Notes under the pieces: generated by a model
What the model was told of the DNA's origin: nothing
What the model saw: the letters and a program-made list of their open reading frames with translations, nothing else
Databases searched by the model: none
Position numbers and translations under genes: made by a program
Shown: piece by piece, positions 9,354-19,200 of the stretch
Layout of the letters: every line of letters begins with the position of its first letter
Numbering within the stretch: the first letter of the stretch is position 1
Assembly: GCA_033854115.1 (NCBI GenBank)
Contig: JAWOKS010000002.1
Coordinates: 9,984 to 73,983, forward strand
Length of the DNA: 64,000 nt
Origin: Thermoplasmata archaeon
Lineage (GTDB): Archaea; Thermoplasmatota; Thermoplasmata; Lutacidiplasmatales; UBA184
Reading direction: 5' to 3'

Positions 9354-10823
9354 CTACGCCGCGATGACCTGGACGCTCTCGCCGCCGTGGCGGCTCGCGC
9401 GCGGGCGGACCTCGCAGAAGAGCGGCGTGTGGTAGCCGCCGCCGGTCACGAGCGCGACCCCCACGGGGAGCGACTGGATCATCTGGGTCATCCCCTCGGT
9501 GAGCCCCTCGATCGACTGCGCTATCGCCTTGAGGTCGAGCGGATTCGTCACCTGCAGGATCAGCTGGGTCGTGCACTGGCTGAGCACGCTCTTGTCGATC
9601 CGGGCGGCCCGCTGGGTCACCGCGCAGAGGCCGAGGCCGAACTTCCGGCCCTCGCTCGCGATGTTCTTGAGGATCCGCGAGCAGGTGGCGGTCCCCTGTT
9701 GCGGAGCGAAGTTGTGGGCCTCCTCGAGGACGAGGAAGAGCGGCGGGATCTTCTCCTTCTTCCGGTTCTCGAAGAGGGTCGACGCGACCCGCGCGACGAC
9801 GAGCTCCTGCACGTCCGGCGCCACGCCCCGGAGGTTCACAAGGGTCGCCTCCCCGCGCTTCACGAGGTCGTTGAGGCTCGTCCCGACCGGCCCGAGGAGC
9901 TTCGTCTGCTCGACGTACTCGAGGCGCTCGCGCAACGTCTCGGCGATCGCCCCCTCGGTCATCTCTGCCGCGCGGACGAGGTCGCGGACCGAGTACTCGG
10001 GGTTCGCGACCCCGACGCGCTCGAGCAGCTGCTTGAGCGGCCCGAGGTAGGTCTTGACGCTCGTGAGCCCCATGAAGACGAGCAGGTCCCTCGGGTCGGT
10101 GTTGCGGAGCGAGAAGGTGAGAGGCTTCGCGTTCGGATTGAGCGAGACGTCCGGCGAGTACTCCTGGACCTGGCGCGCGAACCCCTGGACCTCGACCCCG
10201 AACCGGGCGGTCGCCGCGCTCTTCTCCGCGGGGGAGCGGAGCGCGCCGTACTCGCCGTGGGGATCGATGATCACGCACGTGACGTGGTGGCGCAGGAGCT
10301 CCTCGATGAGGACGCCGAGGAGGTAGCTCTTCCCGCCCCCGGTCTTCGCGAGCACGCTCACGTGCCGCTGCACGAGCTGGTTGATGTCGAGCTCGACGCG
10401 GAGGTCGTGGTTGCGGAGGAGGCCGATGTACGCCCCCGTGTTCGGCCGATGCTTCAGGCCGAGGACGTCCGCGATCAGCGCCTCGTCGGCGCGGTAGACG
10501 TGCGCGCCCGGCCGGAACGGGATCGTCGGGCACTTCACGAGCCCCTGGCCGTCGCGGTAGCCGATCGTCCTCACGATCCCGAGCAGGTTCTGGTGGATCG
10601 CGACGTTGTCGCTCCCCTCGACCTGGCCGGCCTTCTCGACGTCGAAGTCGCTCTTGCGGCGCAGGTCGTCGATCTGGCAGAGGACGTGCCCGTGGAGCTC
10701 GTCGTCCGTCGCGACGTAGTCGCCACGCTCCACGGGCCGCGTCAGAAGGACGTGGAACCGGCCGAGGCCCACGTCGCCGTAGATACGGCCCACCTCATCC
10801 ACGGCGCGATTCATCGGGGTCAC
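9354..10823 (-). CDS. herA: HerA-like (DUF87) hexameric ATPase/helicase
   Basis: HAS-barrel-like N-terminus, Walker A LAKTGGGKSY, Walker B LFLVLEEAHNF, 489 aa. The start could be an in-frame ATG or GTG 9-21 nt downstream. Confidence 0.8.
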   Translation of the reverse strand: MTPMNRAVDEVGRIYGDVGLGRFHVLLTRPVERGDYVATDDELHGHVLCQIDDLRRKSDFDVEKAGQVEGSDNVAIHQNLLGIVRTIGYRDGQGLVKCPTIPFRPGAHVYRADEALIADVLGLKHRPNTGAYIGLLRNHDLRVELDINQLVQRHVSVLAKTGGGKSYLLGVLIEELLRHHVTCVIIDPHGEYGALRSPAEKSAATARFGVEVQGFARQVQEYSPDVSLNPNAKPLTFSLRNTDPRDLLVFMGLTSVKTYLGPLKQLLERVGVANPEYSVRDLVRAAEMTEGAIAETLRERLEYVEQTKLLGPVGTSLNDLVKRGEATLVNLRGVAPDVQELVVARVASTLFENRKKEKIPPLFLVLEEAHNFAPQQGTATCSRILKNIASEGRKFGLGLCAVTQRAARIDKSVLSQCTTQLILQVTNPLDLKAIAQSIEGLTEGMTQMIQSLPVGVALVTGGGYHTPLFCEVRPRASRHGGESVQVIAA

Positions 10824-10889
10824 TGAATATTAGCATGCCGCGGGAAGGGAACGGCCGCTCCGGGCTCGGGGCTCCGCGCCGCCGGAGCC

Positions 10890-10897
10890 TTTATATC
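10890..10897 (+). promoter_or_regulatory. TATA-like box upstream of coiled-coil gene
   Basis: TTTATATC in the divergent herA/coiled-coil spacer. A GGAGGA Shine-Dalgarno-like site at 10945-10950 lies 9 nt before TTG 10959. Confidence 0.45.
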
Positions 10898-10958
10898 GAG
10901 AGGCCTTGTCGAAACTTTCCCCGCCCCGGCAGGATCCCGGTCGCGGAGGATTGGCCCT

Positions 10959-11822
10959 TTGCCCGACGCCACGGATGAACTCGAACGCCGCCGCGAGGAG
11001 TCGAACCAGCGGGCCGACTCCTTCCGCGCCGTCCGCGACCGCCTGAACGCGGAAGCGCGTACCCTCGCCGACGAGCGGTCCCGCCTCGTGGACGCGATCC
11101 GGTCGAAGAGCGCGGAGGCGCAGGAGCACCGGCGGCACCGGGACGAGCTCAACGCGGAGGTGCGGGAGGCGAAGCGGCTCCGCGAGGAGTGGAACGGCCG
11201 CTTCCAGGAGCTCGGCCTCAAGGTCCAGGAGCTCCGGCGCGCGCGCCCCCCGCGGCAGGGGGCGGTGCCCCTCTGGCGGCTCAAGAAGGAGCTCAAAGAG
11301 CTCGAGTTCCGCCACATGACGACCGCGCTCACGGGCGACCAGGAGAAGCGGCTCATCGAGGAGATGAAGCGCCTCGAGGCCGCGATCCGCGAGCAGGACG
11401 ATCAGCTCCGCCGCGACCCGGACATCGAGGCGACCCTGAAGGCGTTCACCGAGGCGCGCGACGAGTCCGAGAAGCACCACGCGGCGGTCGGGGAGCTCGC
11501 CGAGAACGCCCAGCGCGAGCACGAGGCGATGGTCGCGCTCTACGAGGAGGGCGATGAGCTCCGGCGCCAGGCGGACGACGTGCAGGTGAAGCTCGTCGAC
11601 GTGAAGACCCGGGCGGACGACGCGCACCGCCAGCACATCGCGGCGATCGAGGAGGTCCGGGACATCGAGAAGCTCCTCTACGCGGCCCGCGGGGGCCGGG
11701 CTCCCGCCGCCTGGGCGCCGACCGAGGCGCCCCGGGAGGAGGACTTCCTCGCGCGGCTCAAGAAGGGTGAGAAGGTCTCGACCGAGGATCTCCTCGAGCT
11801 CCAGAAAGGCGGGCGAGCGTAG
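10959..11822 (+). CDS. archaeal coiled-coil protein (COG1340-like)
   Basis: TTG start 9 nt after GGAGGA. Heptad-rich E/R/K/L/A sequence throughout, typical of the uncharacterised archaeal coiled-coil family. Confidence 0.65.
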   Translation: MPDATDELERRREESNQRADSFRAVRDRLNAEARTLADERSRLVDAIRSKSAEAQEHRRHRDELNAEVREAKRLREEWNGRFQELGLKVQELRRARPPRQGAVPLWRLKKELKELEFRHMTTALTGDQEKRLIEEMKRLEAAIREQDDQLRRDPDIEATLKAFTEARDESEKHHAAVGELAENAQREHEAMVALYEEGDELRRQADDVQVKLVDVKTRADDAHRQHIAAIEEVRDIEKLLYAARGGRAPAAWAPTEAPREEDFLARLKKGEKVSTEDLLELQKGGRA

Positions 11823-11833
11823 CGGCACGGTCC

Positions 11834-12625
11834 GTGACGCTCTCCTACGGGGACCGCCCGCTCGAGGCGGTCGTGTTCGACCTCGATGACGTGCTCGTCC
11901 CGTTCCAGACCCCACGGGCCTGGCAGTGGGCCTGGCGGCCGCAGGGCCCGGTCATCGCCGAGCGCCACGTGCGCACGGCGGTCCGCCGCGCGCTCCGCGC
12001 CTGGGACCGGCGGCGCTGGCAGGGGCTTACGGGGCGCGCCCCGCCGGCCGACCTCGCGGCCCTCAAGGAGCACCTCGCGGCGACGCTCCGAGGGGTCGCC
12101 GGTCACGCGGTCGCCCCGGACGAATCGGAGGCGGTCGTCCGGCGGTTCCTCCGCCCGTCGGGGGAGGTCGAGCGCTTTCCGGACGCCGCGCCCGCGCTCG
12201 CGCGGCTCGAGGGGCTCGGCGTGAAGGTCGCGGTCGTGACCCCGCTTCCCGACGAGAGCGCCCGCTGGCTCCTGAAGCGCGCGGGCCTGCCCGAGAGCGC
12301 GCTCGCCCTCGCGGGCGACCCGCCGGGCCCGGTCGTGCCGGACCGCGCGGCGTTCCGCCTCGTCCTCGAGCGCCTCCGCGTCCCCGCGTCGCGCGCAGGT
12401 TTCGTGGGGGACCTCTACTGGAGCGACGTGCACGCGGCCCACCGGGTCGGCCTCGCCTCCGTTCTCCTCGACCGGACGGACGCCTGGCCGAAGGTCCAGG
12501 CCGGACGGCTCACCACCCTCGACGCGCTCGAGGCGACGCTCGCCTCCAACGAGGTGGGCGCGGCCCCCGAGGGCGCGGCCGCCGAGACGCCCCCAGGCCC
12601 GCCCGCGTCCGGCGACCCTTTATAG
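11834..12625 (+). CDS. HAD-superfamily hydrolase
   Basis: Motif I VVFDLDDVLVPF, motif IV-like GFVGDLYWSDVHAA, Rossmannoid spacing. Confidence 0.7.
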   Translation: MTLSYGDRPLEAVVFDLDDVLVPFQTPRAWQWAWRPQGPVIAERHVRTAVRRALRAWDRRRWQGLTGRAPPADLAALKEHLAATLRGVAGHAVAPDESEAVVRRFLRPSGEVERFPDAAPALARLEGLGVKVAVVTPLPDESARWLLKRAGLPESALALAGDPPGPVVPDRAAFRLVLERLRVPASRAGFVGDLYWSDVHAAHRVGLASVLLDRTDAWPKVQAGRLTTLDALEATLASNEVGAAPEGAAAETPPGPPASGDPL

Positions 12626-12626
12626 G
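12618..12626 (+). promoter_or_regulatory. TATA-like box upstream of V4R gene
   Basis: CTTTATAGG, embedded in the palindrome GACCCTTTATAGGGTC, about 30 nt before ATG 12654. Confidence 0.45.
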
Positions 12627-12653
12627 GTCGTCCACGGTGGCGCCGCGACAGCG

Positions 12654-13061
12654 ATGGCGTTCCGGTTCGTCAAGCTCGACCAGACCGAGCTCCGTCAGAT
12701 CAAGGACCTCTACGAGGGGGTCATGTCGCACGCCTGCCACGGTCTCTTCTTCAAGGAAGGTTCGGTGATCGGCGGCAGCATGGCCGAGGAGGCGCTCAAG
12801 GACCGCGCCCACTATTTCGAGCGGGCCGCGAAGCTCCTCCAGGAGCGCGGGTGGGTCGAGGAGATCCAGTTCACGGATCAAGAGGCGATCGCGCGCGGCT
12901 CCATCGAGGTCGCGCCGAGCGAGATCGCGACCTGCCACCGACTGCGCGGCATCCTTCGGGAGCTCTACGAACGCTTTAAGGGGACGCGCGTCAAATGCAC
13001 TGAAGAGGCATGCGCCAGCACCGGGGAGCGCGAATGCCACTTCCGGGTCGAGGCGTTGTAG
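12654..13061 (+). CDS. V4R (4-vinyl reductase-like) domain protein
   Basis: 135 aa. The C-terminus CTEEACASTGERECHFRVEA resembles the V4R Cys-rich end. High GC at codon position 3. Confidence 0.6.
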   Translation: MAFRFVKLDQTELRQIKDLYEGVMSHACHGLFFKEGSVIGGSMAEEALKDRAHYFERAAKLLQERGWVEEIQFTDQEAIARGSIEVAPSEIATCHRLRGILRELYERFKGTRVKCTEEACASTGERECHFRVEAL

Positions 13062-13071
13062 CGAGGGCGGG

Positions 13072-13431
13072 ATGATGGCTACCGGGAACGTCGGCGCGGT
13101 GATCAAGGAGCTGAAGACCAGGATCTCGGGCATCGCGACGGCGCTGGTCTCCCGGGACGGCCTCGTCCTCTACGCGGACGTCCCCGCGGGGGTCTACACC
13201 GAGACGTTCGCGATCATGTGCGCGACGATCCTCGGCGCGGCCGCGACGGCCAACACCGAGCTGAACCGGTCCCCACCGGACCGGATCGTGGTCGAGGGCA
13301 CCGACTCCCGGACGATCATCGTCGGGAGCGGCAAGAAGGCGCTCCTCGTCGCCGTCGTCGACCAATCGGCGGACGTCGACCACGTCGTCGACGAGGCGAC
13401 GAAGGTCGCCGAGATGCTCAAGACGAGCTGA
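13072..13431 (+). CDS. Roadblock/LC7 (MglB-like) domain protein
   Basis: 119 aa. GIATALVSRDGLVLYADVP...IVVEGTDSRTIIV...ALLVAVVD is the Robl/LC7 pattern. Confidence 0.75.
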   Translation: MMATGNVGAVIKELKTRISGIATALVSRDGLVLYADVPAGVYTETFAIMCATILGAAATANTELNRSPPDRIVVEGTDSRTIIVGSGKKALLVAVVDQSADVDHVVDEATKVAEMLKTS

Positions 13432-13445
13432 GACGAGCCGCGCCG

Positions 13446-14300
13446 TCAGGCGCCCCCGGGCGGTCCCGCCGGGACTTCGCGCTGGTCCGATGTGATCCTC
13501 TTCGGTCCCCCGGTCGCGACCCGCATCGCATAGCCCCCGAGCGCGGCGACCAGCCTCGCCCACGCGATCGCCCCCTTCTGGCCAGCGAGGAGCCGGCGCA
13601 CGCGGTAGCGCACCCAGAGACGGCCGTGCTTCTCGGTCAGCTGCTTACGGCCGTAACCGTTCCAGAACGCCTGGTAGAGGAACCGGACGAAGTTCCCGCG
13701 CATGTGGTGGTAGACGATCGCACCGTCGTCGTAGTGGATCGACGCGCCGTCCTGGACGGCCCGGAGGTTGAGGTCGATGTCCTCCGCCGTGATGAACCGC
13801 GTGTCGAAGCCGCCGAGCCGCTCGAACAGGGCCCGGGGGTAGCCGAGGTTGCACGACGGGTAGGTGACGTCGTAGCCGCTCTGGTAGAGCTCGACCCGGC
13901 CGAGCTCCCCATACTTCGGCTTCCCCACGGTCAGGGTCCTTCCCGCGACCACGGTCGAGGGCCCGAGGGCGGCCCGGAGACGGCCGAGCCAGGTGGGGTC
14001 GGCGTAGCAGTCGCCGTCGATGAACGCGATGAGCTCGCCCCGCGCCTCCCGGACCCCAAGGTTCCGGCCCCCGCCCCGGGAGCATGGGCGGCGTACGATG
14101 CGGAGAAGGTCCGGGTGCCGGGCGCGGAACTCCTCCGCGATCGCGACCGTGCGGTCGCGGCTCTCCGCGTCGACGAGGACGATCTCGAACGGGGATTCCT
14201 GGACCGCGAGGCTCTCGAGCAACTGCCCGAGATGCCGTTCCTCGTTGCGTACGGTGACGACGACCGAGACGAAGGGGCGCCCTACGGGCTCACTTCCCAA
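13446..14300 (-). CDS. glycosyltransferase family 2
   Basis: VSVVVTVRNEERHL, AFIDGDC (DxD) and a later FITAEDIDLNLR segment, typical of the GT-A fold. Confidence 0.85.
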   Translation of the reverse strand: MGSEPVGRPFVSVVVTVRNEERHLGQLLESLAVQESPFEIVLVDAESRDRTVAIAEEFRARHPDLLRIVRRPCSRGGGRNLGVREARGELIAFIDGDCYADPTWLGRLRAALGPSTVVAGRTLTVGKPKYGELGRVELYQSGYDVTYPSCNLGYPRALFERLGGFDTRFITAEDIDLNLRAVQDGASIHYDDGAIVYHHMRGNFVRFLYQAFWNGYGRKQLTEKHGRLWVRYRVRRLLAGQKGAIAWARLVAALGGYAMRVATGGPKRITSDQREVPAGPPGGA

Positions 14301-14532
14301 TGTCCATCACGACGACGTCCTTGACCGCACGCATGCTCTTGAAGGGGAGCACGAGGCGGCCCGATGCGTCGCTCTGGAACAGGCGCTGCTCGACGTCCTC
14401 GCTCGGGGTGACGAGGACGTGGGCGATCCCGCCGGTCAGGGTCTCCACCACGAAGTTGTCGATCATCCCGAGGATCTGGCCGTCGTTGGTCATCACGGTC
14501 TTGCCGCGAAGCTCGGTCAGGAACTTGCGCAT
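14290..14532 (-). CDS. PRC-barrel domain protein
   Basis: Internal ATG of the track ORF. LRGKTVMTNDGQILGMIDNFVVETLTGGIAHVLV is PRC-barrel-like. TATA-like ATTAAATA lies about 30 nt upstream on this strand. Confidence 0.65.
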   Translation of the reverse strand: MRKFLTELRGKTVMTNDGQILGMIDNFVVETLTGGIAHVLVTPSEDVEQRLFQSDASGRLVLPFKSMRAVKDVVVMDIGK

Positions 14533-14701
14533 CGCCAGGGCCTCGAGGCGCCATGGGCGAAGCGGCGTATTTAATCGTTCGCGGGAACAGGAACCGTCCC
14601 CGGGGGTCTCCGCCCGGTCGTGGTCCCCCGGGGGGCCGGGACCCGCCGGCGCGTCCCGGGTGGGCCGCAGCTCGCCGCAGGCCCTTCCTTGTTCGGCAAC
14701 G

Positions 14702-14709
14702 CTTATATC
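14702..14709 (+). promoter_or_regulatory. TATA-like box upstream of rpl18e operon
   Basis: CTTATATC about 30 nt before ATG 14738. Confidence 0.5.
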
Positions 14710-14737
14710 GCGCACCCGGGTCGAGCGACCCTCTTCC

Positions 14738-15103
14738 ATGGCGAGCCACCGGCGCAAGGAGAACCCGGAGCTCTCCCGTCTGATCGCGGAGCTCCACCAC
14801 GCGGCGAAGGCCCACGACGCCCCGTTCTGGGACGCCGTCGCCCGTCGCCTCGCCCGGCCGCGTCACCAGGTCGTCCCCCTCAACACGGGCCAGCTCGAGC
14901 GGCTCGCCTCCGCCGGCGAGACGGTCGTGGTCCCCGGCAAGCTCCTCGCGGACGGACGTCTCGCGAAGAAGCTCACCGTCGGCGCGTTCTCCTTCTCGGA
15001 GGAGGCGCGCGCGAAGGTCCACGCCGCGGGCGGAGCGGCGGTCCCCCTGCGCGAGCTCCTCAAGAGCCATCCGAACGGCACGGGGGTGCGGCTCCTTGCC
15101 TGA
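14738..15103 (+). CDS. rpl18e: 50S ribosomal protein L18e
   Basis: MASHRRKENPELSRLIAEL...FWDAVARRL...VVVPGKLLADG. First gene of the rpl18e-rpl13-rps9-rpoN cluster. Confidence 0.9.
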   Translation: MASHRRKENPELSRLIAELHHAAKAHDAPFWDAVARRLARPRHQVVPLNTGQLERLASAGETVVVPGKLLADGRLAKKLTVGAFSFSEEARAKVHAAGGAAVPLRELLKSHPNGTGVRLLA

Positions 15104-15545
15104 AGCGGCCCCCTCCTCGGCCCCGGCGCCCACTGTCGTCGACGCGAGCGGGCTCGTCCTCGGCCGCGCGGCGAGCCGGATCGCGAAGCGCCTCCTTGAG
15201 GGAGAGTCGATCGTCGTGGTCAATGCCGAGCAGGCGGTCGTGACGGGTTCGACGGCGACCGTCGTCGGCTACTACGTGGCGGCCCGGGCCCGCGGCTCGG
15301 TCCGCTCGGGGCCGCACTTCCCGCGCTATCCGGACCGGATCTTTCGCCGGACGGTCCGCGGCATGCTCCCGCACCTCAAGACGCGGGGGAAGACCGCGTT
15401 CGCCCGTCTCGAGGTCCACATCGGCGTTCCCGAGGAGCTCGAGCCCCTCCCGCGCGTGACGATCGAGGAGGCGAAGGCCCGCCCGGCCCTCCGCCCGCCG
15501 ATGACGCTCGCCGAGATCACCCGGCGGCTGGGGGCCCACGTATGA
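15096..15545 (+). CDS. rpl13: 50S ribosomal protein L13 (uL13)
   Basis: VVDASGLVLGRAASRIAKRLLEGESIVVVNAEQAVVTG. Overlaps both neighbours. Confidence 0.95.
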   Translation: MPEAAPSSAPAPTVVDASGLVLGRAASRIAKRLLEGESIVVVNAEQAVVTGSTATVVGYYVAARARGSVRSGPHFPRYPDRIFRRTVRGMLPHLKTRGKTAFARLEVHIGVPEELEPLPRVTIEEAKARPALRPPMTLAEITRRLGAHV

Positions 15546-15949
15546 AGGCCCCGGTCGTCGTCCTCGCGACGGGCAAGCGCAAGGCGGCGATCGCGCGGGC
15601 GACGGTGCGTAAGGGCCAGGGTCTGCTCCGCTACAACGGCGTCCCGCTCGAGCTCGTCGAGCCCGAGCTCGTCCGCCAGAAGATCCAGGAGCCGCTCCTC
15701 ATGGTCGGCGACCGCGTGAAGGCCGTCAACATCTCGGTCGACACTCGCGGCGGCGGCCTCGTCGGACAGGCGAGCGCGGCGCGTACCGCCGTCGCCCGGG
15801 GGCTGGTCGCTTGGCTGAAGGACGACACGCTCCGCACCACGTTCAAGCACTACGACCGCACGCTCCTCGTGAACGACCCGCGGAGGAAGCTCCCGAAGCG
15901 TCCGGGGGGCCGCGGGGCGCGCGCCCGACGCCAGAAGTCGTACCGTTAG
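15542..15949 (+). CDS. rps9: 30S ribosomal protein S9 (uS9)
   Basis: ATGKRKAAIARATVRKGQG...GGGLVGQASAARTAVARGL...KSYR. Confidence 0.95.
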   Translation: MKAPVVVLATGKRKAAIARATVRKGQGLLRYNGVPLELVEPELVRQKIQEPLLMVGDRVKAVNISVDTRGGGLVGQASAARTAVARGLVAWLKDDTLRTTFKHYDRTLLVNDPRRKLPKRPGGRGARARRQKSYR

Positions 15950-15962
15950 GAGGGATCGACCG

Positions 15963-16160
15963 ATGACGATGATGGTGCCCGTTCGGTGCTTCACCTGCGG
16001 GGCGGTGATCGGCCAGTACTGGGACGAGTACCGCGAACGGACGATGCGCGGCGAGCCGGCCGGCCAGGTCTTCCAGGCGCTCGGCCTCGAACGCTACTGC
16101 TGCCGGCGAATGCTGCTCACGCACGTCGACCTCCTCGACGAGGTCGGACCGTACGGTTAG
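15963..16160 (+). CDS. rpoN: DNA-directed RNA polymerase subunit N (Rpo10)
   Basis: VRCFTCGAVIG...YCCRRMLLTHVDL, 65 aa. Confidence 0.95.
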   Translation: MTMMVPVRCFTCGAVIGQYWDEYRERTMRGEPAGQVFQALGLERYCCRRMLLTHVDLLDEVGPYG

Positions 16161-16292
16161 GCGCCCGGGCTCGTCCGGCGCGAGGCTTCGCGTGCGCCCG
16201 CGAGACCACGGAGGCGTTCGGTCCCGGCCTCGCGGAGGACCCTCAGGAAAGCAGGGAAGAGGTTCGACGGGAAGGGGTTCCGCGGTCCCGTC

Positions 16293-19200
16293 CTAGGACT
16301 CGTCGTCCTCGTCGCGCCGCGCGCCCCGCTCGAGGCCGCTGCGGCTCGAGGGCGTGCCCTTCGGGGCGGGGGGACGCCGCGAACGGCGTCGGAAGTACCA
16401 GACGAGACCGAGGATGACCGCCACGACGCCGACGCCGATGCCGACGTACTCGAGCAGTTGGGTCGTTGGGTTCGGGTGCACGGTGATCGGCACCGACGCG
16501 ACGTTCGTGGAGCCGTTACCGATCTGGTTGGTCGCGTACGCCGCCGCGTAGAGCACGAACGAGCCCGACGTCGACGGGTTCCAGGTGATCTGGGCCCGGA
16601 CCGTCAGCCCCTGCTTCAGGGTCGGGATCTTGCCGGTCGCGAGGACCGTCGAGTTGACGGTCGCGTTGCTCGTGTTGTTCGAGTAGCCGTAGAAGACCAC
16701 GCTCCCCGGCGTGCCCCCGATGTAGGTCTTGCTCCCGGTGCCGCTCGGCGACATCAGGTAGAAGGCGACCGTGAGGTTCTTCGCGACGGCGCGCGCGCCG
16801 CCCCCGACGTTGACGTTCACCCAGAAGGTGTAGGTCGTCCCGGCGTTCAGCGACGTCTCCCCGGTGAGGTTCGTCGCGGAGAGGGTCGGTCGCAGGGTCG
16901 TGTTGTAGGCGACCTGCAGGGAGACGGTCGTGCTCGCGTTGACGCCGTTCTTGTCGACCACGTTGAGGCGGATCGTGTACGGCCCCGTCTGCGGTGCGAG
17001 CTTCACGACCGGGTTCGGGATCGCGGTCGTGTTCTGGTAGGCGATCGGCGTGAACGAGCTGTTGCCCTTGTTCGTCACGTTCCAGGTGTACTTCACGACC
17101 GAGCCGTTCCCGTAGTCGGACGAGGAGCTCCCGTTGAGGCGGACCCTCGCGAAGTGGTTCGCTCCCTCCACGATGTTCCCGCCCGTGATCGTCTTCCCCG
17201 TGGCCGCGGAGACGAGCGTAATCGACGGCACCGGCGCCTCGGTGTCCTTCACGAGGATCGTGAGGACGGTCGAGTTCGAGGTCCCGACGCCGGTCCAGAC
17301 GGTGAGCGTGAGGTTGTAGATCCAGCCCCAGCCCGTCGCCGACACCGCGTCGCCGCCGAGCTTCACGGTCGCGAAGTTGACGTAGAGCCCGTGGCCGGGC
17401 GCGGTCTTGCTCGTGCCGCCCTTCAAGCCGAACGGCACGGACCAGTTCGAATCGAACTTCGCCCCCTTCGCGACCGAGTAGTTGGCGGTCGCCTTGTAGT
17501 TCTTCGCGGTGAGGGTGAACGACGCGATCGACTTCACGTTCGGCGAGGTCACGGTGCTCGCGCCGGCGTTGAACTGGAGGGTGTACGCCCAGTTGACCAC
17601 CACGTAGTTCCAGCCGCCCGTGGTGACGAACTTCTGGGCGGTCGTGGCGTTCGAGCTGATCTTCGCGACCGGGTCCGAGCTGACGACCCAGACGTAGAAG
17701 TTCGTGGTGCTGGTGCGACCGCCGGACGAGGTCACGGTGAGCGTCCCCGCGTACGGGTTCGCGCCGCTCGTCGCGGGGTAGCTGTACGCCGTGGTCGGGG
17801 TCGAGACCGTCACGTTGTGCCCGTTGCCGAAGTCCCACGTGAACGACGTGCCGTTGGTGCCGACGGGGTACTTCGAGTTCGCGGCGCTGAACGTCGCGTT
17901 CTGGTTCGGTCCGAGGACGACCGTGTACCCCCCGCGCGTCTTGTTGAGGATGTTCCCGCTCGAGAAGGCGAAGTTGGACGAGGTGACGTTCACGATCGCG
18001 GTGATGTCGGCCGCGCGGACCGCCGTGAAGCGCGCGGTCGCCGACGAGGTCGAGCTCGGCTTCGAGACGAGCGTGAACGACGTCCATGTCCCGTTCGGGC
18101 CGCTACCGACGAGCGAGGTACGGGACGGGGCGGTCGTCCCCGCGCTGAGCACATAGCCGGTCGGAAGGTCGATCTTGTAGTCGTAGACGAGCGAGCTCAC
18201 GGTCGGGTGCGCGAACCGGAACGAGATCGTGTAGGACGAGGCGTTCTTCGGGATCGACCCGCCGAGCGCGTACGTCGTCGCCCAGCCGTAGGAGAGGTTC
18301 GCCGAGCTCGTGAGGCCGCAGTAGCCCGAGCAGGTCGAGCTCCAGGACGAAAGGCCCTGGGCGGCCGTCGGCGCGGTGAAGCCGGTGTTGTTGATCGTCG
18401 TCTGCGCCTGGACGGCCGGGAAGAACGGACCGCTCGCGTTGATCCACGCGCGCACCGCGCTGAGGTCGCTCGCGGGGAACGTGAGCGAGCGGTTGAAGTC
18501 CAGCCCGAGCTGCGCCCAGAGCTGCCCGACCGTGGCGTTCGGAAGGGCGGCGACGACCGAGTCGTTGCCGAGCTCGGCGGAGGTCGTCACGCCGAGCGAG
18601 CCGTTGCCCGTCGCGACGTTGACCCCGGTGAAGTCGAGCGTCGTCGCGATCGAGCCGAGGTTGGCCGAAGTCGCGGGAGTGAGGGCGACCAGTCGGGTGT
18701 ACGGCGTGGGGGTCGAGACCGTATGCTCGAACCAGCCTGTCCGGAACCCGTTCGCGGAGAGCACGACCGAGAACGTCTGGTTCCCGGAGGTGAAGTTGAA
18801 GTCCGCGGGGTACGACGGGAAGGCGAAGTAGCCGCCGGTCGCCGTCGGAGAGGTGTAGAGGTAGTGGTTCGTCGGGTCGAAGAGGGTCGCGTTGCCCGGG
18901 ACCGTGACGTAGCTACCGGTGGTGCTCGAGTAGATGCGGCCGCTGATCGCGTAGCTGCGGAGGATCGGGTCGAACGGCAGCGGGGTGCGCGTGTTGATCA
19001 CGAGGCCGGTCGTGTTCGTGTAGAGGCCGGAGCCCGAGACGTGCGTCGCCTGGGCGACCCACGAGCCGAACGGCACCTTGAGCGAGTAGCCGCCCGAGGC
19101 ATCGGTCGTGTTGTTGACGAGGACGAGCCCTGCGTAGCTCGGGGCGAGGAGCCGGACGCCCGCCCCCTCGACCGGGTTCCCCTGCTGGGTCACCGTCCCC

